Positions 9,769-18,714 of a DNA stretch of 57,586 bases are shown here, in pieces. The position numbers and the translations under genes are program-made. Source of the DNA: Planctomycetota bacterium (lineage in GTDB: Bacteria; Planctomycetota; SZUA-567; H5-PLA8; JBOHNC01); the NCBI GenBank assembly GCA_050730415.1, contig JBOHNC010000270.1:1-57586 (forward strand). The letters are read 5' to 3'. The number at the start of each line of letters is the position of its first letter. Position 1 is the first letter of the stretch. Below the pieces are notes generated by a model, which was not told the origin of the DNA, did not search any database, and saw nothing but the letters and a program-made list of their open reading frames with translations.

Positions 9769-10965
9769 CTACGTTTCGCTGGAAATCCGCTGCCGTTTGG
9801 CCTCGTCGAGCCGGCGCGCGCCTTCCATCAGGATGCTCATGATGTCCATCTTGATCGGCCCGCGCAGTTCCTCCTGCCCTTCCTCGAAACGGAACTGCCC
9901 GTCGGCCCAGGTGAACAGATCGAAGAACGGCTCCAGCCCCGTCTCGAAGGGCTCCAGCTTCAGCATCGTTTCCTGCTCGAAGCGGTCATTCACCGAGACG
10001 CGGGTCAGGTCCAGCATCACCATGCCCGTGGGGTTGCCGTTTTTGAACCCGATCCGCGCCATCTGGTGCGCCGGGTTCAGAATCATCAGCACGCCGGCGC
10101 GGCGGGCCTGGTTGAGCGACTGTAACAGGTCGCTCAGCATCATCGTTTTCAGCCGTCCTTTGTAGGAGGCGGTGCGTTCGTCGCTGACGGCCTTGTTGGT
10201 CTGCTTGAAACGTTCGGCCAGCATCTTCGAGAAAATCCGGTTGATGACCTGGCTGTCATCGAGAAGCTGTTCGAATTTCTCCTTCTGCACCACCATGGCC
10301 TTGCAGACCGATTTCGCGCGCACCGCCGCGGTGGTCGGCACGCCGGTCAGCAGGGAGATTTCCCCGATGCACTCGCCAATGCCGATGGTCGCCAGGACCG
10401 TGTCTTCCTTGCCCTCCGCGTGCAGGAAGACCTCGGCCTCGCCGCTCGACACGATGAACAGCCGGTCTCCGACGATGCCCTGGTTGATCATGACCTCGCC
10501 GGGCTGGTAGGTTTTGGCTTCGGCGATGGCGAAGATCATCTGCACTTCTTCTTCGGGCAGCCGCGCCATGAACGGGCCTTTGTCGGGCACGACGATGGTC
10601 TTGCTGCGGCCGGAGCGCGCAGGCTTGGTGAGGTCGGCGAAAACCGCCGTGCTGACCGCCGATTTGGAGGCCGGGCGCGCCGTCGGCGCCGCAGTCAGCC
10701 GGAAGCGCGCGCCGCAGCCGCGCACCGAACAGGGGAAGGTCATCGAAGGAATCGGATCGTCCGGCCCGACCTTGGCGAGAATGTCACGCGCGACCGGGTA
10801 GATGTCGCACAGCGCATCCATGCAGACCGCGCTGCAATTGGCCAGGTCCAAGCTGCGCCCGGTGAAGACCGCCACGTCGTCGGGCTTCAAACAGGTGCAG
10901 GCGCCCACCTGCGCCACGCGCAGGGCGGCTCGTTTGGCTGGCTGAGGCGCGGGCGTGGTAGTCAA
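9769..10965 (-). CDS. cyclic-nucleotide-binding domain protein with C-terminal PATAN/DUF4388 domain and Cys-rich N-terminus
   Basis: 398 aa. The cNMP phosphate-binding cassette is GECIGEISLLTGVPTTAAVRA. The DUF4388-like segment is GRLKTMMLSDLLQSLNQARRAGVLMI...WADGQFRFEEG. N-terminal Cys cluster: ACTCLKP...NCSAVCMDALC...FPCSVRGCGARF. Confidence 0.8.
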   Translation of the reverse strand: MTTTPAPQPAKRAALRVAQVGACTCLKPDDVAVFTGRSLDLANCSAVCMDALCDIYPVARDILAKVGPDDPIPSMTFPCSVRGCGARFRLTAAPTARPASKSAVSTAVFADLTKPARSGRSKTIVVPDKGPFMARLPEEEVQMIFAIAEAKTYQPGEVMINQGIVGDRLFIVSSGEAEVFLHAEGKEDTVLATIGIGECIGEISLLTGVPTTAAVRAKSVCKAMVVQKEKFEQLLDDSQVINRIFSKMLAERFKQTNKAVSDERTASYKGRLKTMMLSDLLQSLNQARRAGVLMILNPAHQMARIGFKNGNPTGMVMLDLTRVSVNDRFEQETMLKLEPFETGLEPFFDLFTWADGQFRFEEGQEELRGPIKMDIMSILMEGARRLDEAKRQRISSET

Positions 10966-11163
10966 CGCAACTGTCTCCCGCCGCGAATTATACCGGAATC
11001 CGCCGGCCGGGCAGACCCGATACCTTTCACCGCCAACGGCACATTGGCGGCAGCGGCAACCGGCGGTTTGAGGCGCCCTGCGCAGCGACCGGCAAGGTCG
11101 GCTCGGCGGAACTTTTTCCTGCGAAAATCAGGCGCCACGGGGCGCGGCCTCCCCGGTTTTCGA

Positions 11164-12747
11164 TCACGGGATGCGGTAGTAGGCTTCCGCCGCCAGCACG
11201 TCCAGGCTGGTCGACCAGACCAGCCCGCGCGAAATTGACAGGTCGTCGTTGGCGCGGAAACTGTGGTCGTTGGGATCCTGCCACTGGCCGAGCACCGGGA
11301 CCATCAGCTTTTGCCAGTCGGTCCAAGCCTTGCCGCCGTAGTAGCGCAGGCCCATGGTGGCGAAAAAGTAATCGTTCGGGCGCAGTTCCTGGGCGCGGCC
11401 GGGCGCCTGATCGCGGGCCGCATCCTTGTTCATCTCCCAGGGCGAAAGCCAGTTGCTGTTGTACTGAGGCGCGGTGAAGTTGGCGACCACTTCGTCCAGC
11501 GGCTTGCCGTTGTCCGAATTGGACAGAATCTCGACCGAGCTCAGGTACATCCCCAGCCAGTCCCGCACGTCGCCGGCCTGGCCCAATTGATTCTGGTCGA
11601 AGGCCACGTTGCCATGAATGGTGCGCAGATCGGAGAGCATCCGCACCGTTTTTCCGTAGATGATCTGGAGCATATCGTCGCGCGTTTTGTCTTCGGGCAG
11701 ACCGGTGTCGATCATGCCGGCCTCGCGCGCCGCCGTTAGCGCCATCAACGACCACGCGGTGGCCTCCAGATTGGCCGGCAGCCCCGCTCCCGGCTGGTAG
11801 GCGAACCCGCCCTCTTTGGCGTCGGCGCAGGTCAGCAGAAAATCGATCGCCTTGTCGCAGTTGCCCTGCAGGTTGTCCTTGTCGCGCGTCAAACCGCAGT
11901 ATTCGATCAGCGCCATCGTCGCCTGCGCGTGGTTGACCGTCCACTTGGCGTCTTTTTTGCCGAACGCTCCGGTCGCCGGGTCCTGCTGCAGCACCAGCCA
12001 CTTGATCGCCTTGTTGCTGATCTCCCCGTAGTGTGTCAAACCGGTGCTCTGCGGAATATCCACGTCCCCATGCCCCAGGAAACACAGCGCGGCCAGCGCG
12101 GTGGCCCCCACCGGCGTGCAGTCATTGACCGCACCCTGCTTCACCCGGGCCTCCCAGTCGCTGCCGGTCGGATACCAGTGAATCCGACGGTTGCGATTGC
12201 GTGCCGCGTACAGCCGGACCGGGAAGGAGCCGTCCTCCTGCTGCTCGCTGGCCAGCATCGCCAGCCCGTTGGTGACGATGGCTTCCACCTTGTCGTAGTC
12301 CCCGCCGCGTGCGGTGACCGCGGCCCGGCGATAGTCCGGGTCAAGCCGGTAGGCGAACGGCCACGGGCGCGTGCCGGTCGAACTTTCCGCGGGGGAGCGC
12401 AGGTTGTACTGCGCCTGCACCACCTGCGGTTTGTAGACCGCCGTTGACTGGACGTTGGGCGGCAGGAGGGTGATCGAATCGTTGGGATCGGCGGGGAACC
12501 GGCGCGGCCCGTAGCAGTCCTTGACGGCAAAAATCGCCACCGCCAGGATCAGCATCGAGGTCAGCCCGGTACGCGCCCACCCGCCGATGGCATCGCCGGC
12601 GACGGCCGCCTTGTCGACCTCGACCGCCCGTTCGATCTCGTCGAACTGCACATCGACCTTGGCGCCGCAACTGTTGCAGTAGTGGCGGCCGATGCGCAGC
12701 GGCGCTCCGCATTGAGGACATTTAAAACTCGATGGCATATCGGGCAT
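11164..12747 (-). CDS. zinc-ribbon / TM-anchored prenyltransferase-squalene-oxidase-repeat (terpenoid-cyclase-fold) protein
   Basis: 527 aa. N-terminal zinc ribbon FKCPQCGAPLRIGRHYCNSCGAKV and TM helix (GLTSMLILAVAIFAV). QW-like repeats SEQQEDGSFPV, LQQDPATGAFG and CADAKEGGFAYQ. It also carries VNDCTPVGATALAALCFLGHG. Confidence 0.8.
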   Translation of the reverse strand: MPDMPSSFKCPQCGAPLRIGRHYCNSCGAKVDVQFDEIERAVEVDKAAVAGDAIGGWARTGLTSMLILAVAIFAVKDCYGPRRFPADPNDSITLLPPNVQSTAVYKPQVVQAQYNLRSPAESSTGTRPWPFAYRLDPDYRRAAVTARGGDYDKVEAIVTNGLAMLASEQQEDGSFPVRLYAARNRNRRIHWYPTGSDWEARVKQGAVNDCTPVGATALAALCFLGHGDVDIPQSTGLTHYGEISNKAIKWLVLQQDPATGAFGKKDAKWTVNHAQATMALIEYCGLTRDKDNLQGNCDKAIDFLLTCADAKEGGFAYQPGAGLPANLEATAWSLMALTAAREAGMIDTGLPEDKTRDDMLQIIYGKTVRMLSDLRTIHGNVAFDQNQLGQAGDVRDWLGMYLSSVEILSNSDNGKPLDEVVANFTAPQYNSNWLSPWEMNKDAARDQAPGRAQELRPNDYFFATMGLRYYGGKAWTDWQKLMVPVLGQWQDPNDHSFRANDDLSISRGLVWSTSLDVLAAEAYYRIP

Positions 12748-12778
12748 GGCGGTTTCCTGATGGCTCCCTGGACGCGGC

Positions 12779-14587
12779 CTACTTCTTTTCGAACCGGAAA
12801 CTGGCGTTGTGGGTCTTGATCAACTGCGGACTGAGCGCCAGGGTCAGATCCAGCGAGTTCTGCGGCGACAGCTTGTCGGGTGTCACCAGCGCATAGACAC
12901 AGCCGTCGTAGTAGGACGTTTTCACATCGTTGCCGTTCAGTTTGACGCTCACCGTGTTCTTGTCGACGGCGTTGGTGTAGCCCTGCACCAGGAAGGTCGC
13001 GCCCACCAGCACCGGTTGGCCGCGCACGATGCAGTCGGCGCTGCCCACTTGCAGCGGGTTGGAGGGGAAAATGGTCAGGAAATCGTAGCGGTTGCCGCCG
13101 CCCTGCTGGCTGGCCACCCGGCAGCCGGCCGCGCGGGCCTTGTCCAGCCATGCTTTTTGCTCGTCGGTACGGCCCAACAGTTTGTAGGTTTGCGCCGATT
13201 GCACCATCATCTCGCAGTTGTTCGGGTCGAAGTCATGCCACTGGGTGACCGCCTGCAGCGCGTCGTTGAGCCGCTGCGTGCGGGCCGATCCGGATTCCAG
13301 CGCCGCGCGCCACAGGGCGATATCGGTCCGGTAGCTCTCCCAGCGGGCCTTGACATCCTGCGCGATGGCCGCCTGGTCGCAGCCGACCTTTAGAATCAGG
13401 AAGGCCTGGCCCAATTCCTGGTCCTCGATCGTCAACGGCGTGCTCACTTCTGGCGCGACATCCGGGCTGTTGCCGAAGGGAATCGGCAGCGGTTTGTTCT
13501 GCGCGCGCAGGTCGTTCAGCGCCTTCACCAGTTGTTGGTCCATCAGCATCGCATAGCGCGTGTGCAGCGCTGCGATGTTTTCGTAGTTCATCGGCTCGGT
13601 GAGGTCCGCGCGCTGCGCGTTGTTCAGCACCCGTAAAATCAGTTGCAGGTTTTCGCTGCCCTTGGGCGAATCAAGCGTGGGGACCACGCCGACGGCCACC
13701 GTGTTCGCGAGTTGCGACAGCTCCGGCCCGTTCATGCCCGGCAACAGGTTGATTAGATTGAGCGTCGCCGGGCCCAGGGCATTTTCGTGAACCTTTTTCC
13801 AGTACTCGTCCATAAACGTGACCTGCGGTGTCTTGGCCACGTCGGTCAGGTACGGCGCGATCGCGCGCGCCTGCCGGTCTTCATCCTTCAGCGCCTGGGT
13901 CTCCGCGTCGGTCGTCTGCGTCTGGGTGTTTTTGACCGCCAGATCCATCAGGAGAACGTTGCGGCGCGCATCGACCAGCCCCGGCTGCGTCTCCGCCTGA
14001 GCCTGGACCACTTTCAGGATGTTCTGCAGCTGCGCGAGGGCGTCGCCGCTTTTCGGCGTGTTGATTTCTTCCATCAGAAGAGCGCCTTTGGCGGCCAGGA
14101 TGTCGGTGTCGTTGGGGTGCTGTTTGGCCAGGTTGTCGAGCGCCGTCATGGCCGCATCGATCGCCTTGTCGTGGTCTGCGGGCGAGGCATCCGCGGGGGT
14201 GGCCGCGTAATCGATGGCGATCACCGAAATCCGCGCCGGCACCGCCAGCGTCGGGTTGACACTGTTCGAGATCGTGTCCCACAGCGCGCGGGCCTTGTCC
14301 ACATGCTTCAAGCCGAAGTCCAGCTTGGCCTCGCGCATTTCCAACGCTTCACGCGTGGCGTTGTCCAAGCCGGGGTCTTTCACCAGCGTGTCGATGGCGG
14401 TCGCGTACGCCTCGGCCGGTTGCGAGATTTCAGCCTGGAAGACCGCCCGTTCCTTGATCCCCAGCAAAACCCCCTTGATCGATCCCGCAATCCACGAAAT
14501 GTTGAAAATCAACAGCCCCACGGCGCCGACGATGTAACCGATCGACCAGAACGACAGCTCCAGCTTCGGTCCCAGTTTGATCCCCAT
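12779..14587 (-). CDS. hypothetical membrane-anchored protein (helical-repeat region plus beta-rich C-terminal domain)
   Basis: 602-aa ORF with coding-like composition. N-terminal TM (FWSIGYIVGAVGLLIFNISWIAGSI), a long helical middle and a C-terminal beta-looking domain (VLVGATFLVQGYT...VSVKLNGNDVKTSYYDGCVYALV). I recognised no family. It is tightly spaced with both neighbours (31 and 36 bp). Confidence 0.75.
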   Translation of the reverse strand: MGIKLGPKLELSFWSIGYIVGAVGLLIFNISWIAGSIKGVLLGIKERAVFQAEISQPAEAYATAIDTLVKDPGLDNATREALEMREAKLDFGLKHVDKARALWDTISNSVNPTLAVPARISVIAIDYAATPADASPADHDKAIDAAMTALDNLAKQHPNDTDILAAKGALLMEEINTPKSGDALAQLQNILKVVQAQAETQPGLVDARRNVLLMDLAVKNTQTQTTDAETQALKDEDRQARAIAPYLTDVAKTPQVTFMDEYWKKVHENALGPATLNLINLLPGMNGPELSQLANTVAVGVVPTLDSPKGSENLQLILRVLNNAQRADLTEPMNYENIAALHTRYAMLMDQQLVKALNDLRAQNKPLPIPFGNSPDVAPEVSTPLTIEDQELGQAFLILKVGCDQAAIAQDVKARWESYRTDIALWRAALESGSARTQRLNDALQAVTQWHDFDPNNCEMMVQSAQTYKLLGRTDEQKAWLDKARAAGCRVASQQGGGNRYDFLTIFPSNPLQVGSADCIVRGQPVLVGATFLVQGYTNAVDKNTVSVKLNGNDVKTSYYDGCVYALVTPDKLSPQNSLDLTLALSPQLIKTHNASFRFEKK

Positions 14588-14623
14588 CGCAGTCTCCCAC
14601 CCTTCGCCCTGGTCGGGCGTCGG

Positions 14624-15319
14624 CTATTTCTTGTCGCTGTCGCCGCTGAGCAGTCCCAGGCTTTTTTCCGCCCAGGGATGAATGACACCCACGATCTGGC
14701 TGATCCGCACCGGGCCCTTGTGCGGCGAATCCGATTCCCAGAGACCCGAATTGTGCCGCTGGTCGTACATCACCCACAGGCTGTCTGCCGGCACCCGCAG
14801 GCCGAAGCGCAGGTCGTTGATGCCGTCGAACTGGACCTCCTCCAGCGCCGCCGATTTCTGCCCGTTGATTTGAATCGCACCGGTGGATCCGCCCGCGGTG
14901 AACTGGCTGACCAGAAGGTCGCCCGGCGTGCCGATCACCCGCCCGATGCCCAGCGTCGGGTTGCCGGTTGCCACCTCATTTTTCGTGCCCGAGCCCTCCC
15001 GGAACACCACCACGTCACCGACCTTGAAGTCCTGGATGCCATCGGCGCGCCAGGCTTCGTCGACGCTGTAGCTCCCCGATTGGATGGCCATTGGCGCGCC
15101 GACCGGAATGGTGTAGGTGCGAGCCCCCAGAAAAATCGGCCGCGCCAGCGTGTAGCAGGCCAGCAGCACCGCCATCGCCGGCACGACCACCAGCACGTAG
15201 CTGTTCACCGGATGCGTTTCGCCCAGAATCTTGTTCAATACCTTGCGCAGCACAATGCAGACGACGATCACCAGAACGTAGGGAAGCAGCGCCCAGCCCA
15301 AATGGATGAAGTACTGCAA
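14624..15319 (-). CDS. signal peptidase I (S26)-like protein lacking the catalytic Ser/Lys dyad
   Basis: 231 aa with two N-terminal TM helices. S26 boxes are recognisable: box C GDVVVFREG, box D IGRVIGTPGDLL and box E-like DQRHNSGLWESDSPHKGPV. Box B reads IPVGAPMAIQSG, with no Ser in the SM position. The box D Lys is Gly (IGRVIG versus the usual KRVIG). Confidence 0.7.
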   Translation of the reverse strand: MQYFIHLGWALLPYVLVIVVCIVLRKVLNKILGETHPVNSYVLVVVPAMAVLLACYTLARPIFLGARTYTIPVGAPMAIQSGSYSVDEAWRADGIQDFKVGDVVVFREGSGTKNEVATGNPTLGIGRVIGTPGDLLVSQFTAGGSTGAIQINGQKSAALEEVQFDGINDLRFGLRVPADSLWVMYDQRHNSGLWESDSPHKGPVRISQIVGVIHPWAEKSLGLLSGDSDKK

Positions 15320-15513
15320 ATGCCCTCACCTCCGTCAGTCCCACCGTACGACCGGAACCGGGTTCCGGCGACCGCTACAGGGGCGTTGGTTGACTCTATT
15401 AGCTGCTTAATATCCTACCTCCGCGAGGGCAACCGGCAAGCAAAACTTGGCGCGCCCCGATCCGGCTCGAACACCCCCGGGCCGGCAGGCCTGCCAGGCC
15501 GCTGCAAGCAGGG

Positions 15514-17598
15514 TCAGCGTTTTCGCCGGGCTGCCGCGGGCCGGTCTTGCGCCGCGAGCTGCGCCAGCACCTCCTGCATCTTCCGGCGGTGGATGAAGAA
15601 CCACACGGCGTGACCGATGCTCACCAGGCTGACCGCCACAAGCACACTCACCACCCCCAGTCCAATATAGGCGTTCACGCCGCCATCCGGCGGCCCGGCA
15701 TGTCCGCGCAGATGGGCGAAGGCCGCCGCACCCCCGGCTGTAAAAATGCCGCCGACCTGATCGAGCAGCCACCAGCCGGCCAGGCTGAAGGGCAGGCTGA
15801 CGAGTACCCCGGCCAGCCGGAATCGTCCCTTCATCAGGAAAGGCAGCAGCGCCGCGCCGATGATCGGCGCCAGCAGAGCGATCCCGCCCAGGATGTAGCC
15901 GCGATAGAATAACCCCACCACGGTCATGCCGCCCCACGCCGCCGCCGGCAGCGCGGCCCAGGTCGAAAATTCGTCGTTGAACGCCCGCAGACGGATCAGG
16001 GCCGATTCCAGTTTGCCGCGCTGCTCTCCGTGCGGGTCGGCCTCGGACGGCAGGAATTCGTCCAATTCGCCGGGGGCGCTGTGCAGCGCCTGCGCGGTCG
16101 GTCCGGCCGGGCCGACCGCGTCATCGATTTCCGGCAGGGCCTTGCGCCCCGATCCGGCGCCGTGGCCGGTTGTGGCCGGCTTGTCCGCCCCTCGCCCGTC
16201 GGCGGAACCGGCCCCCCGCGATCCCGACCCCGCCGACAGGTTGGCGGCGCGTGGCGCCGGCCGCCGAGCCGATCCGGCCGAGCTGGCCGATCCGGCCGCC
16301 ACGGCCTTTTTCTGTCCCCGCGCTTCGCCCTTGTTTTCGACGGCGGGCAATTTGGAGGGCGTTCCCCGCCGGTGGCTGCCCGTCTGGGGCGCCGGTCCCG
16401 TGCCTGCTTTTGCTCCGGGCCCCGCATTCATGTTGGGCGTGCCCGCCGGCGGCGTCTTGGGGCCCGCCCCGCCCCGAGGCGGAGCCTTGGCCGGCGTCGG
16501 CGTGGGCATGGCGGCGGCGCCGGGTTCGACGGCGCGCGCAATCGCCGAGAGCGCCGGCAGGGAAAACAATTTGAGCGTTTCGCTTTCGGCCGGCAGTACG
16601 GCCGAGGCCTGTTCCAGTGCGCGGCGCAGCGCACGACCGTCCTCGTAGCGGTCGGCCGACGATTTGCTCATGCACCGGTGCAGCACCTCCAGCGTCGCGG
16701 ACGACAGCCGGCTGCAATATTTGGTGATCGGCACCGGGTCCTGCGTGAGCACCTTCACCACGATCGCCGCCCCGCCGGTGCCTTCGAAGGGCGCCCGCCC
16801 CGCCAGCAGGTAGTACAGGGTGGTGCCGAGCGAATACACGTCCGACGCTTTGACCACATCCCGGCCCGAGGCCTGTTCCGGCGACATGTACGCCGGCGTG
16901 CCCACGATCAGCCCTTGCTGGGTGGTCGTGTTGTCCTGCTCCAGCCGCGCCACGCCGAGGTCCACCAGTTGGGTTCGGTCGAAGTCCACCTGGGTGATGT
17001 CGTTTTCAGCGGTGTGGTCGGACAGATAGGGAATCAGAATGTTGTCCGGCTTGATGTCGCGGTGAATGATGTTCTTGTCGTGGATCGCCTCCAGCCCGCG
17101 CGCGGCCGCCAGGCAGATGCGGACGGCGATGGTTTCCTCCAGGCCGTTTTGCCAGGTCGGCAGCACCTTCGAATCGTTGCCGTCCACCGAAACGGTGGTG
17201 GTCGGCTGGAGCATGAAATTGGTGTAGGCTTCGACGAACGCCGCCGCATCCATGCCGCGGACGTAGTCCATCACCATGTACTGCAGGCCGGAGGTTTCGT
17301 CCCGCCCCACGTCGCTGACCCGCACCACGTTGGTCGATTGAACCTGCCACAGCAACTGCGCTTCCCGTTGAAACCAACGCCCCGCGCGCTCGTTGGATTC
17401 CTGCGAGCCCTGATTGGGCGCCAGGATTTTCACCGCGACCGGCACATTCAAACGCGGATGGTGGCCCTTGAAAACCGCGCCCATCGCGCCGCTGCCCAAT
17501 CGCGATTTCAGGTGCATGCCGCCGATGATCGGATCGCCCGCGCCGGTGCGGGGCAGCAGCTTCAGCAGAAACTCGTCGGCCAGCGGGTGCTCGCCCAT
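15514..17598 (-). CDS. membrane-associated Hanks-type serine/threonine protein kinase
   Basis: Motifs: GSGAMGAVFKGHH, VAVKIL, IIHRDIKPDNILI, DLGVARL, GTPAYMSPEQ. A long Pro/Ala/Gly linker leads to about 4 C-terminal TM helices. I set the start at ATG 17598 (MGEHPLADEF) because the ORF-track extension to 17949 overlaps fmt. Confidence 0.9.
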   Translation of the reverse strand: MGEHPLADEFLLKLLPRTGAGDPIIGGMHLKSRLGSGAMGAVFKGHHPRLNVPVAVKILAPNQGSQESNERAGRWFQREAQLLWQVQSTNVVRVSDVGRDETSGLQYMVMDYVRGMDAAAFVEAYTNFMLQPTTTVSVDGNDSKVLPTWQNGLEETIAVRICLAAARGLEAIHDKNIIHRDIKPDNILIPYLSDHTAENDITQVDFDRTQLVDLGVARLEQDNTTTQQGLIVGTPAYMSPEQASGRDVVKASDVYSLGTTLYYLLAGRAPFEGTGGAAIVVKVLTQDPVPITKYCSRLSSATLEVLHRCMSKSSADRYEDGRALRRALEQASAVLPAESETLKLFSLPALSAIARAVEPGAAAMPTPTPAKAPPRGGAGPKTPPAGTPNMNAGPGAKAGTGPAPQTGSHRRGTPSKLPAVENKGEARGQKKAVAAGSASSAGSARRPAPRAANLSAGSGSRGAGSADGRGADKPATTGHGAGSGRKALPEIDDAVGPAGPTAQALHSAPGELDEFLPSEADPHGEQRGKLESALIRLRAFNDEFSTWAALPAAAWGGMTVVGLFYRGYILGGIALLAPIIGAALLPFLMKGRFRLAGVLVSLPFSLAGWWLLDQVGGIFTAGGAAAFAHLRGHAGPPDGGVNAYIGLGVVSVLVAVSLVSIGHAVWFFIHRRKMQEVLAQLAAQDRPAAARRKR

Positions 17599-17621
17599 GG
17601 TGTGATACTCCAAACCGGCGC

Positions 17622-18680
17622 TCAGTCGCCTGTCGTCGCCAGGTCGCCGCGCACGCCCCGCAGCCATTCTACGGCCGGCAGAGCGGCTTTGCCTTCGGGT
17701 TTGACGCGCAAAATCGCCAGCGCGCCGGCGCCGCCGCAGCTGACCGTCAAGCGGCTGCGATCGGCCGAAACGTGGACCTGCCCCGGCACTTCCGCCGCGC
17801 TGGCGCCCCTTGCATCGCCCACGCCGCTCGCCCCGCCCGCCGGGGCCGGCGCCGCAAGCACGGCGACCTCCAGCAAGCTCACCACATGCCGGCGAGCTTC
17901 GGTTTTGCCCGGCGGCGTGGCGCAAAAGGTCGCCTTCACTCCGGGCCACGGCGTGAAAGCGCGAACTTTGCGCTGGATGTTCACGGCCGGTTCAGTCCAC
18001 GCAAAGGCCGCATCGGCACGGGTGATTTTCCGGCAGTAGGTGGCCGCGCCGTCGTCCTGCGGCGTTTCGCGCAACTCGCCGCGCTCCAGCCCCTGCACGC
18101 CGGCGACGAACAACTCCGCCGACAGCCGCGCCAGGTCATCGTGCACCGTCTGCGCCGTGTCTTCCGGGGTGATCGGGCGGTGGCGGCTGAGCAGCATCGG
18201 GCCGGCGTCGAGCGCCCGCACCATCCGCATCAGCGTCACGCCGGTTTCCAGGTCCCCATGCAGCAGCGCCGCCTGAATCGGCGAAGCACCCCGCCAGCGC
18301 GGCAGCAGGGAGCCATGCGCATTCAGCACCATCCGTCGCGGCAGCCGGAGCAATTTGCGAGTCAGCAGGTTGCCGTAGGCCACCACACAGTACAGGTCGG
18401 CCGGCCGCGCCGCCAGCGCCGCGTGAAAGGCCGGGTCGCGCGTCGTTTCCGGCTGCAGAATATCGGCGGGGGCCAGGCCCAACTTGAGCGCCGCGGTCTT
18501 GACCGGCGAAAATTGCAGCGCCAGCGACCGCCCCGCCGGCCGGTCCGGCTGCGTCACCACCGCCGCCACCTCGCTGCCCGCCTGCGCGAGCGCCTCCAGC
18601 GACGCCACCGCGTACTCGGGCGTCCCCCAGAAAATGATGCGCACCGCCGCCTCCGGAAACCTGCCCCCTTCAACCTGCAA
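17622..18680 (-). CDS. fmt: methionyl-tRNA formyltransferase
   Basis: 352 aa. Motifs: RIIFWGTPEYAV, VVTQPDRPAGR, LNAHGSLLPRWRGASPIQAALL. The C-terminal domain carries an Ala/Gly-rich insert. No def gene is adjacent. Confidence 0.9.
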   Translation of the reverse strand: MQVEGGRFPEAAVRIIFWGTPEYAVASLEALAQAGSEVAAVVTQPDRPAGRSLALQFSPVKTAALKLGLAPADILQPETTRDPAFHAALAARPADLYCVVAYGNLLTRKLLRLPRRMVLNAHGSLLPRWRGASPIQAALLHGDLETGVTLMRMVRALDAGPMLLSRHRPITPEDTAQTVHDDLARLSAELFVAGVQGLERGELRETPQDDGAATYCRKITRADAAFAWTEPAVNIQRKVRAFTPWPGVKATFCATPPGKTEARRHVVSLLEVAVLAAPAPAGGASGVGDARGASAAEVPGQVHVSADRSRLTVSCGGAGALAILRVKPEGKAALPAVEWLRGVRGDLATTGD

Positions 18681-18714
18681 CGCGATGGATCACGCACGCA
18701 GTTTCAGGCGTTCT

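Noticed and set aside
13787-15613. A 608-aa plus-strand ORF.
   Set aside because: It is antisense to the 602-aa and S26-like genes and spans their intergenic spacer. The composition is Arg-rich shadow-frame.
17599-17949. The N-terminal 117 codons of the ORF-track kinase ORF (15514-17949).
   Set aside because: This stretch overlaps the 3' end of fmt in another frame and is Arg/Gly-rich. The kinase domain begins right after the internal ATG at 17598.
16030-18039. A 669-aa plus-strand ORF.
   Set aside because: It is antisense to the Ser/Thr kinase and fmt genes, both of which carry clear catalytic motifs.
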